Assembly: GCA_963710645.1 (NCBI GenBank)
Contig: CAVQBD010000003.1
Coordinates: 176,450 to 240,449 of the forward strand
Length of the DNA: 64,000 nt
Source: an uncultured Holophagae bacterium
GTDB lineage: Bacteria; Acidobacteriota; Thermoanaerobaculia; Thermoanaerobaculales; Sulfomarinibacteraceae
Direction of reading: 5' to 3'
How positions within the stretch are numbered: position 1 is the stretch's first letter; every line of letters starts with the position of its first letter. The notes under the pieces were generated by a model. It was given only the letters and a program-made list of their open reading frames with translations, did no database searches and had not been told where the DNA came from. Position numbers and translations under genes: made by a program. Below are positions 56,276 to 64,000 of the stretch, in pieces.

Positions 56276-57730
56276 ATGCATTTCACCGGACGAATGATGG
56301 CGTTGACGGCAGTCACCATTATCGCGTTGTCGGTTTCCGCGCCTGCCGAATGGTCCACCAGTCCGGCCACCAACCTGGTCGTGGCCGATCGGTCCGGTGA
56401 ACAGGTCCAGCCCAAGATCGTGGCCACCGGTGACGGAGGATTCTACATCAGCTGGTTCGACAACTCTGCGGGCGGCTACGACGTCTACCTGCAGCGACTG
56501 GACGCTGTGGGTGACGAGCAGTGGGCGCACAATGGAGTTTTGGTGGCGGATCGGAGCTACAGCTCGACCCAGGACTACGGCCTGAGCATCGATACCGCCG
56601 GCAATGCATTGCTCGCATTCCGTGATGACCGGGACGGACCCGACAAGGTGACAGTCTCCAAGATCAGTCCAGACGGCACCCTCCTTTGGGGTATTGACGG
56701 AGTCGAGGTCTCCTCCGGATCCGGTTTTTTTGCCGTGCCAAAGGTGGCCGGCACAACTGACGGCAACGTGGTCGTGGCCTGGATCTCCGACGACGACGTC
56801 GTGGCCCAGAAGCTCGATCCGGCAGGGGCCCCATTGTGGGGCGCAGGCGTCACTTTGTCCCCCACAGCCGATTCGTTCAGCCTCTGCGATCTCCATGCCT
56901 CCGACGCGGGCACGTCGATTCTGTCGTTTATTGCCGGTCCCTTCCTCGGGCCCAATCACCTGTGGGCGCAGAAACTCGCAGCGGCGGATGGCGCCCTCCT
57001 GTGGGGGGCGGGACACGTTCAGGTCTTTGACGGCGGCTCGCTACAGATCGCCAACCGCCCACCCTTCGTCACTGATGGTGCCGGCGGTGCGGTCTTCGCC
57101 TGGTACACCAGTGTCCCAACTTTCCAGTGCAGGGTCCAACGGATCCTCGCCAACGGCTCCGAGGTCTTTGCCCATCAGGGCGTCGAAGTCTCTACCAACG
57201 CCTCCCAGATTCGGGTCAATCCGCGCGCCGCCTTCCTACCGACCACCGAGGAGATTGTCGTGTTCTGGAAAGAACAGAACCCGGCGCAGAGTCAGTCCGG
57301 TCTGTGGGGACAGAAGATCGACAACGCCGGTGTCCGTCAATGGACCGACAACGGCCTCGAGTTCATGCCCATCAGCTCGGACCAGGTCATGAGCGTCACC
57401 ACGCTCCCGTTCGCCGATGGCGCGATCGTGGCCTGGATCCACAGCGTCACCTTTGGCAACGACCCGGTCTACGCCATCCGCGTCGACGGCAACGGAGACT
57501 TCGTCTGGTCGCCGCCCATCTCCGAAGTGGGCATCTTACCCACCTCCTCGTCGAGGCTCGCCGGTGCCCTGAGCTCGCAGGGTTTTGCCGCCTACGCGTG
57601 GAGTGACGGGGACCCCGCTGACATCCTCGCCCAGAACGTCAACCCGGACGGCAGCCTGGGCCCCGGGGCGATCTTCGTCGACGGTTTCGAGTCGGGCGAC
57701 ACCACCGAGTGGTCGGCGACGAACCCCTAG
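56276..57730 (+). CDS. Secreted repeat (beta-propeller-like) protein with C-terminal tag
   Basis: Signal peptide; repeats DG.GG..I.W...Y.QR.D..G...W...G; ends IFVDGFESGDTTEWSATNP. Confidence 0.88.
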   Translation: MHFTGRMMALTAVTIIALSVSAPAEWSTSPATNLVVADRSGEQVQPKIVATGDGGFYISWFDNSAGGYDVYLQRLDAVGDEQWAHNGVLVADRSYSSTQDYGLSIDTAGNALLAFRDDRDGPDKVTVSKISPDGTLLWGIDGVEVSSGSGFFAVPKVAGTTDGNVVVAWISDDDVVAQKLDPAGAPLWGAGVTLSPTADSFSLCDLHASDAGTSILSFIAGPFLGPNHLWAQKLAAADGALLWGAGHVQVFDGGSLQIANRPPFVTDGAGGAVFAWYTSVPTFQCRVQRILANGSEVFAHQGVEVSTNASQIRVNPRAAFLPTTEEIVVFWKEQNPAQSQSGLWGQKIDNAGVRQWTDNGLEFMPISSDQVMSVTTLPFADGAIVAWIHSVTFGNDPVYAIRVDGNGDFVWSPPISEVGILPTSSSRLAGALSSQGFAAYAWSDGDPADILAQNVNPDGSLGPGAIFVDGFESGDTTEWSATNP

Positions 57731-57850
57731 CTTTCCCAGGTTTTACGAGGGGGCGTAGGGGTTCGACACATCGGATTGCCGATTCAGCGGATCAGACCAC
57801 CGCTCCCGCTGAGGCGGTGAGTCCTCAACGACACGATGGGCCGATACGAC

Positions 57851-58330
57851 CTACTTTTTGGCGGTAGGTTTTTTCGCCGCTGGCTTTTTCGCTGCGGGCT
57901 TCTTCGCTACGGCCTTCTTCGCCGCTGGCTTTTTCACTGCGGGCTTCTTCGCTACGGCCTTCTTCGCTGCCGGCTTCTTCGCGGCGGGTTTCTTGGCGGC
58001 GGATTTCTTGGCCACAGCCTTCTTCGCTGCCGGCTTCTTCGCGGCGGGTTTCTTGGCGGCGGGTTTCTTGGCCACAGCCTTCTTCGCTGCCGGTTTCTTG
58101 GCGGCGGGTTTCTTGGCAACAGCCTTCTTCGCTGCCGGCTTCTTCGCAGCGGGTTTCTTGGCAACAGCCTTCTTTACTGCCGGTTTCTTGGCGGCGGGTT
58201 TCTTGGTCACGGCCTTCTTGGCTGCCGGCTTCTTCGCTGCAGGTTTCTTGGCGGCCGGTTTTTTTGCCACAGGTTTTTTCGCGGCGGGCTTTTTCGCGGC
58301 AGGTTTCTTGGCAGCACTCGTTTTGGCCAT
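57851..58330 (-). CDS. Histone H1-like Lys/Ala/Pro-rich nucleoid protein
   Basis: GAGGA RBS; ~30 tandem [10 protein letters not shown] pentapeptides (15-nt repeats with synonymous variation). Confidence 0.85.
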   Translation of the reverse strand: MAKTSAAKKPAAKKPAAKKPVAKKPAAKKPAAKKPAAKKAVTKKPAAKKPAVKKAVAKKPAAKKPAAKKAVAKKPAAKKPAAKKAVAKKPAAKKPAAKKPAAKKAVAKKSAAKKPAAKKPAAKKAVAKKPAVKKPAAKKAVAKKPAAKKPAAKKPTAKK

Positions 58331-58472
58331 CTCGATCCTCCTCTTGGTTGTTGGTTTGTTCATCCCTGACTCTTAGATCGTAACAGGCATTCTTGAATTT
58401 CGTACACCCCCATCAGATACCGGGGCGTTCTCCGCAACCCGTGCGGATGAGCACGACACCCCTCTCCGGTGT

Positions 58473-58775
58473 CTATCTGTCCTCGACTGTGTCGTCGCCG
58501 GCCGCCGATGCGAGCCGATTCACCAACAAGGCGTCAACCGTCTCCGCCGCCCTGTTGATGACGCGGATACCACCGTAGGTGAGCCACAACACACCATCGT
58601 GAACCTCGTGCACAAACTTGGCGGGGACGGCGATAGGACCCACGGACTCGAGCACCCGGAAGGTCTTTTCGGCGGCGCGACGGTGGTGTTTCTCGACAAA
58701 CTCCGCACCGCGTTCCACGCCGTCGTGGATCAGACGCTTGAGGCCCTTGACACGTTCCCAGTCCCGGTCATCCAT
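58473..58775 (-). CDS. Small hypothetical protein coupled to the hydrolase
   Basis: ATG at 58775 overlaps the hydrolase stop; LIHDGVE.G...VE..H...A pattern. Confidence 0.65.
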   Translation of the reverse strand: MDDRDWERVKGLKRLIHDGVERGAEFVEKHHRRAAEKTFRVLESVGPIAVPAKFVHEVHDGVLWLTYGGIRVINRAAETVDALLVNRLASAAGDDTVEDR

Positions 58776-59736
58776 CGTCCGCCACCCATCGTTCGATGTG
58801 CTCATAGACAGCTGGGTGCCGGGCCAGAGCGAGGTGATCCAGTCCAGGAACGACGCGCAGATCGGATGCTCCCGGCGCCCCGGGCTGATCACCATGGCCC
58901 GCGCCTGCGGCGCTCTTCGCGCGGACCACACCGTCACCCAACGCCCCCACCCTTTCCATGGCTTGACCCACCACGCGATGGTGGCGCGAGGTGGCGAGCC
59001 AGGGAACGACCACGCGGCGATTGATCATCAGTTCATCCGGATCGCAGTCGAGCCAATCCTGGTCCACGAGGTTGCCGAACCGAAGGTCCTTCACCCCGAC
59101 GCTGCGGCTGTTGAGGACCTCGCGAACGACGTTGGTGGCCGTGGTGTCAACCAGACCCAATACCTTGGTCGCCACATTGGTCGTCTTCTCCAGGGGTGCT
59201 CCCAGGTGGGGCGCACCAAGGTAGACGACATGCCGCACCTTCGAGATCCAGTCGTGTCCTGCTTCGCCGCCCAGGTGACAGGCGCTGCGTATCACCAGCC
59301 CGCCCATGCTGTGCCCGATGAGAAGCAACTCGGTGACGGCCGCACCATCGGCTGCGCAGAGGCGCCGCAGAAGGTCCGCCAGATCGGCGCCGTTGACCGA
59401 AACCCGCAGCCCGGTGTTGAAGCGCAAGTACAGAGCGGTGAAGCCGTGGTGCCGTTCCAGAAGTTCGCCGAACCCGCCCCCCTCGTGGGGCGGGGGGTAG
59501 TTCCACAGCGACTCGTTGCAACCAAGACCATGCACCAGTACGCAGACCTTGCCGGCAGGGGGCGGGACCATTTCCTCCGGTGCCAACGGGCGGTTGTCGC
59601 GATAAAACGCCATCGCCTGCTGGAGTCCGTTGCCGGTGGCTGACAGGTAATCGCCGAACCAGCCGTTGAGCGCACTGATGGCGTTGTCCACCATCCCCGG
59701 CCCACGCTCGCCCCGACTGTCCTTCTTGACGGTCAT
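58768..59736 (-). CDS. Alpha/beta hydrolase (PGAP1/lipase-like)
   Basis: ALNG.FGDYL, VLVHGL, RFNTG, GHSMGG, LGAPHLGAPLE, GDGVV, H..L. Confidence 0.9.
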   Translation of the reverse strand: MTVKKDSRGERGPGMVDNAISALNGWFGDYLSATGNGLQQAMAFYRDNRPLAPEEMVPPPAGKVCVLVHGLGCNESLWNYPPPHEGGGFGELLERHHGFTALYLRFNTGLRVSVNGADLADLLRRLCAADGAAVTELLLIGHSMGGLVIRSACHLGGEAGHDWISKVRHVVYLGAPHLGAPLEKTTNVATKVLGLVDTTATNVVREVLNSRSVGVKDLRFGNLVDQDWLDCDPDELMINRRVVVPWLATSRHHRVVGQAMERVGALGDGVVRAKSAAGAGHGDQPGAPGASDLRVVPGLDHLALARHPAVYEHIERWVADDG

Positions 59737-59823
59737 GGGCGCGAGTTTAGCAGGCGAACAAAACAACACCTGCCATCAGGCTCAGCTCGACAGTGGCGGG
59801 GAACCTGACTACCATCGCTCATC

Positions 59824-60687
59824 GTGGAAATCTACATCGCGACCTTTGCCGCTCTTCTGAGCACCCTTCTGCTCGCCGTGGTCTACCTCGCCGACCGTTA
59901 CGAGCGCGAACCCATCGAGTTGATCCAGGATTTCTTTCTCTCTGGACTGCTGGGTCAATTGGTTCTGATCCTCGCCGCCACCGCAATCATTGGAGACGTC
60001 CATTGGTCGGGTCCTTGGCTTGGCATCACCCTGCTCAGCGCTTCGATCTACCTCCCCTTCCGACTGCACCGCCAGTCCGCGATGGACGAACGATTCGACG
60101 GAATCGTCTACGCCGTGGCGCTGGTCGGCGGAGCCACCTGCGTCATCCACCTCAACAACCTGCCGAGGGTTATGGAGGCATCACCCTACCGCGACGTGGT
60201 CGCTCCCGGTGCCGCCCCCGACCTCCGTGATCTGCTGATCATCGCAACGTGGCCCGGTTTCACGGCCGAACTCGGCCACGGGGTCGTCCTTATCGGAGCC
60301 GCGGTCCTCGTCGGCGCGGTTCTCGGCACCCTCCAGCTGCGTGGGTTGCCACTGTGGCAGACTGCGCTCGCCTGCGTCATCACGGCCCTCGCCACCTTTG
60401 GTCTCGATCGGGCGGCAGGTGGCGAGATGTGGGCACGGGGGTTGCTGGCGGTGGTGTCCGTCGCCGTCGCGCTGGCCATCAAAAGCGGTTCCGTGTTCAG
60501 GGATCGGCCCGCCCCCCCCGAGCGGGATGTTCTCATCATGGGACTCAAAACAGCCCTCATGGTCTTTGGCGCAGCCTTGCTGGCCACGGTGCTTCTGCAG
60601 GCCGTGGCCGATCAGCAGGCCTCACCGGAGCCGATCATCACCGGCCAAGCAATCACCCAATCGCCCCGGTCCGGGCCCGGATCGTGA
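59824..60687 (+). CDS. PrsW-like membrane protein lacking catalytic motifs
   Basis: Y.ADRYEREP and FDGIVY resemble PrsW; multiple TM helices; no EExxK or FxxxEN. Confidence 0.65.
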   Translation: MEIYIATFAALLSTLLLAVVYLADRYEREPIELIQDFFLSGLLGQLVLILAATAIIGDVHWSGPWLGITLLSASIYLPFRLHRQSAMDERFDGIVYAVALVGGATCVIHLNNLPRVMEASPYRDVVAPGAAPDLRDLLIIATWPGFTAELGHGVVLIGAAVLVGAVLGTLQLRGLPLWQTALACVITALATFGLDRAAGGEMWARGLLAVVSVAVALAIKSGSVFRDRPAPPERDVLIMGLKTALMVFGAALLATVLLQAVADQQASPEPIITGQAITQSPRSGPGS

Positions 60688-61928
60688 TTCTTCGATTCCT
60701 CTTCGCAGCATGTCTCGTGGCCGCCTGCGCTGGTGCGGCTTCCGCGTCCGATGACGGCTGGGAGAACCCGGTCTTCGAAACTGTTGACGAGGCGGTGGCC
60801 GCCGCGAAGCACAATCTCCACCAGCTCGGCAACGACAACTCGGCGGGTCTCGGATTCTTCGTCGACCTCACCCTGGCGGAGGGAGATCTGGACGGCCGCC
60901 ACCCATCGTCCTCCATCACCAGGGAGGTCGTGGAGACATTCCTCTTCACCCACCCCACGGCCTTCTCCACCAACGATGTGCAGCGGCAGACCATCTCCAG
61001 ATTTCTCGAGGACGTGCCCGGTCAAAGGTCGGTGCTCGAAAAACGACTGGCTCGTTTTGGATTTCCCACCCTGCCGGGGCTTTCCTATTGCCGCCTTGTG
61101 GAAAGCGTCGACGCCTTCTCCGATCTCAACCGCGCGTCCACCGACAAGATGTCCCAGGTTGGAGGGGTGACCTACTACTGCCGCTACATGGTCCTTCCTC
61201 TCTCGTACGTGGGAGAGGCCGCCCTGGCGGAACTCCGCCGGTCCGCCGCGCGCAACCCGTCGTTGGACGTCAACGGAACGGTACGTCGCTGGCAGCGCGA
61301 GTCCTTCGCCAACCTGGTCAATACCTTCCGCCACGAACTGGTCCACGTTCACACCAACTCCACCCTGGACGTCCCCCTCTATCGGGACCGCCGCGCCTAC
61401 CCGACCTGGTTCCACGAGGGAACCGCCACCTACCTCGCCGCAGACCCCCATTCGGGTCTCAGCGCCAGCTACAAGGAGTACCAGGATCTGTTCTTCTACC
61501 TTGCTCAACGCTACGGCGTTCCCAAGCTCCAGGACTTCTACACCCTCGCCCTGGGCGGGAGCGGCGTGACCACCGCCCTCACGCAGGTGTATGAGATCCC
61601 GGATTCGGAGCAGCTCTTCGCTCGCAGCAGCCGGTGGCACCACGCCAAGGAGATCATCAAGACTGTCATCTGGATCGCGGCTCTGGCCATAGTCATCGCA
61701 GCGTTTCGCGGTTCCGACCGCCCCTACATCGGTGCGTTGCTGCTGCTGGCGGCCCTCGCCCTGGCATTTGCCGTGGCCACCGGACTCGTGGAACACATCT
61801 ACGGCCTGCGCGGTCCCACCTTCGTACACTTCGGCAAACTCGGCTTCTCGTTCGTGGCCGTGTTCCTCGGTTTCATGGGTGTGCGGCGGATCCAGCGACA
61901 CGGCCGAGCCCCCGCTGCGTCAGCCTGA
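60684..61928 (+). CDS. Exported zincin (HExxH) peptidase-like protein with C-terminal TM helices
   Basis: GTGA overlap with the previous gene; signal peptide; RHELVH followed by PTWFHEGTATY; three C-terminal hydrophobic segments. Confidence 0.75.
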   Translation: MILRFLFAACLVAACAGAASASDDGWENPVFETVDEAVAAAKHNLHQLGNDNSAGLGFFVDLTLAEGDLDGRHPSSSITREVVETFLFTHPTAFSTNDVQRQTISRFLEDVPGQRSVLEKRLARFGFPTLPGLSYCRLVESVDAFSDLNRASTDKMSQVGGVTYYCRYMVLPLSYVGEAALAELRRSAARNPSLDVNGTVRRWQRESFANLVNTFRHELVHVHTNSTLDVPLYRDRRAYPTWFHEGTATYLAADPHSGLSASYKEYQDLFFYLAQRYGVPKLQDFYTLALGGSGVTTALTQVYEIPDSEQLFARSSRWHHAKEIIKTVIWIAALAIVIAAFRGSDRPYIGALLLLAALALAFAVATGLVEHIYGLRGPTFVHFGKLGFSFVAVFLGFMGVRRIQRHGRAPAASA

Positions 61929-61989
61929 CCACTCGCCAAACCCACCATCCGGCGGCCGGTTGCCGAGCCGATCCGAGTTCTCCAGCTCG

Positions 61990-64000
61990 TCATCCCTTCG
62001 GCCGGAGGAACTCCTCGAAGGGTTTGTAACCATGCAGCGGATACAGGAAGGGGTTCCGGTGAAAGGTCAGGTCGAACTGTTGTCCTTGTTGCAGGGCGGT
62101 GTTCAACTGCTCCATCGCCAGCTCGCGATCGCCGAGACCGGCGGCGATACACGCGCGCCAGTAACTGTCTTCTCCGAAGCTGTAAGGGCCTGCCACGTCC
62201 TCGATTCGAATCAGGGCCTCCTCGGCCGCCATTCGGTCTCCCACGTAGGCGGCGGTCGCGCCGGCCAAACCTCCGATGTACAGCTCGTCCGGATATTCGG
62301 CCACGAGTTCGGCGAGGAGTGCTCGGGCCTCCTCCGGTTGATCCAAAACCAACATCAGCACGGCCAAGGTCCAGCGGGTCCACGGAGGCTGCGTCTCGCT
62401 TGGCGGTAACCGCTCCAGGGTGTTTTCTGCCATCTGTCTGGCCTCCTGCGGCCAGCCGTGGGCCCCAAGCTCGGCGGTCGCCTGCCATGCCAGCCAGACA
62501 CCCAGGTTTTCTGACTCCGTAAAGGCCCTTTCGATCACCACGGCGGCCTCGTCGCTGCGCCCGAGCGCCGCCAGCGCCACCACCGCGTTGGCGAGGAGGC
62601 CCCCGCGAACGTAACCCTTGATGCTGGGGAACCGGCGCAGACTCTCTTGAGCAACCTCGGATTCTCGCTCGTGCTCGCCAAGCATGTGCAGCCCCTGACA
62701 CAAGGGGAAGAGATGGGTGAAATTCGCCTTGTCCAATTCGCCGAAACATTCCACCGTGGCGACGGCCTCCCGGGGACGGTTGGTCCACACCAGCGCTTCG
62801 GCAAGACCGATGGAGATGTGTGGGTTGAGCGGGTCCAGGGCCACGATCTCCCGCAGCGGCGTCAGTGCCTCGTCATACCGATGATCTCTCCTCAGCAGGA
62901 CGCAGTCCAGGCACAGACGATCGAAGGAGGCTAATAGGTGGCGCCGCTGATCGAGCTCGTCCAGGACCGACCGCGCTTCCTCGAAGCGCCTGAGTACCGT
63001 CAACGCATGGCTCATTTGCAGAAGGGCCGGGACATAGTCGGGATCCAGTTCGGCCGCCCTCTGAAAGTGCTCGAGTCCCACCCCCGGTTTCTCGAGCCAG
63101 ATCTCGAGGCCAGCCGCCATTTCCCGGTAGGCGTCGAGAGTCGGCGGTGAAAACTTGGCATACCGGGGGTCCGTGGCCGCCAGTCCGCCCAGCACTCGCT
63201 GTCGAACCGGCTCCACCGCCGCCATCGGATCCGAGATCGGTCCGGACACCGGGCCGATGGCGTGGAGCAGGCCGCCGGTGGCCGTCTCAGTGATCTCCGC
63301 CTTTATTCGGAGTTGGTCGGTCTGGCGGTAGTAGGCCCCGGTGACCAGGGTCCCGGCGCCCAGCTCGCGGGCCACATCGAGGGCCCCAGCGGGACCGCTG
63401 CCTATTCGTTCCGCCGCCGCGACAGCCGTCGACCCGGCCACCATGTCCAGATCCACGGTCTCGGGCAGATCCTGGGTCAGCCAGTCCGCGGCCATCAGCC
63501 CGATGGCATCGTGATCCGGATCGCCCGTGCGATTGTCAAAGGGCAGCACGACCACCAGTTTCGGATCCAGAGTCGGGCCAGCGGTCCTCGCCCCAACGCG
63601 CATCCGCGGCCCGAGGATCACCCCGATCAACAGCGCGGCAGCTACGATCAATCCAGCAATGACGGTGAAACCGGTGAGGCGCGGGAAACTCTTGCTCGAA
63701 CGGATACCCACCGCCGGCGCCGATCCGCTGGCGATGGCCCGCAGGGCGAAGGCCAGATCGGCAGCGGACTGGAAACGGGCCTCGGGGGCCTTTTCGAGAC
63801 AGCGGGCAATGGTCCGCTCGAGGTCTAGGGGCAGCAGCGCGCCTACCGACGACGGTCGAGGCGGGTCCTCCCGGAGTGTGGCCCACAGCGTTTCGGCCAC
63901 CGTTTTCCGGCGGAATGCGCTGCGCCCGGTGACCATCTCGTAGAGCACGCAACCAAGGGCGAAGATGTCCGAACGGCCGTCCGCCTCACCACCGGTGACC
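61990..64000 (-). CDS. Ser/Thr kinase with TM, TolB-N-like and TPR domains (5' end outside window)
   Basis: DGRSDIFALGCVLYEMVTG, RCLEK.P..RFQSA.DL, VVVLPFDN, TPRs (F.RA.ELDP). Confidence 0.93.
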   Translation of the reverse strand, partial: VTGGEADGRSDIFALGCVLYEMVTGRSAFRRKTVAETLWATLREDPPRPSSVGALLPLDLERTIARCLEKAPEARFQSAADLAFALRAIASGSAPAVGIRSSKSFPRLTGFTVIAGLIVAAALLIGVILGPRMRVGARTAGPTLDPKLVVVLPFDNRTGDPDHDAIGLMAADWLTQDLPETVDLDMVAGSTAVAAAERIGSGPAGALDVARELGAGTLVTGAYYRQTDQLRIKAEITETATGGLLHAIGPVSGPISDPMAAVEPVRQRVLGGLAATDPRYAKFSPPTLDAYREMAAGLEIWLEKPGVGLEHFQRAAELDPDYVPALLQMSHALTVLRRFEEARSVLDELDQRRHLLASFDRLCLDCVLLRRDHRYDEALTPLREIVALDPLNPHISIGLAEALVWTNRPREAVATVECFGELDKANFTHLFPLCQGLHMLGEHERESEVAQESLRRFPSIKGYVRGGLLANAVVALAALGRSDEAAVVIERAFTESENLGVWLAWQATAELGAHGWPQEARQMAENTLERLPPSETQPPWTRWTLAVLMLVLDQPEEARALLAELVAEYPDELYIGGLAGATAAYVGDRMAAEEALIRIEDVAGPYSFGEDSYWRACIAAGLGDRELAMEQLNTALQQGQQFDLTFHRNPFLYPLHGYKPFEEFLRPKG

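Noticed and set aside
57858-58376. Hydrophobic AAGFF-repeat ORF on the plus strand
   Set aside because: It is the antisense of the histone-like gene, which has the RBS and a known protein type.
1-64000. tRNA, rRNA, riboswitch, integrase/transposase, prophage or known defence systems
   Set aside because: No recognisable signatures by eye; a covariance-model search would be needed to exclude small RNAs.

Overview
High-GC, gene-dense bacterial window with about 60 CDS and no rRNA, tRNA, CRISPR array or intact transposase that I can support. The gene mix suggests an Acidobacteriota-like genome; this is an inference from eukaryotic-type Ser/Thr kinases with beta-propeller or TPR tails and secreted proteins with IFxDGFESGD..W tails. 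The left ~28 kb is an accessory envelope/stress island. It holds outer-membrane beta-barrels, DUF3300/DUF2950, a DszB-like/rhodanese/CoA-disulfide-reductase/SulP sulfur operon, a signal-peptide-bearing glutaminase with a DcaP-like porin, an AspT/YbjL transporter, a GAF-PAS kinase with a NarL-type regulator, and two paralogous stand-alone receiver genes. Seven promoters in the island share a 23-bp box followed exactly 16 nt later by a TAnnnT -10 element, defining a candidate regulon. The right ~36 kb is mixed housekeeping and secreted-protein content. Highlights: (1) the 7-promoter regulon; (2) a hidden selenoprotein, a peroxiredoxin-like W-U-P-Y-C gene split by TGA with a SECIS-like hairpin; (3) five unrelated secreted proteins sharing a 19-21 aa C-terminal tag; (4) a leaderless nnrS with an FNR/DNR-type box centred at -41.5; (5) a 185-bp CTAG-flanked fold-back element, REP-like repeats and several gene remnants. 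All product calls come from motif recognition by eye; no database searches were run.
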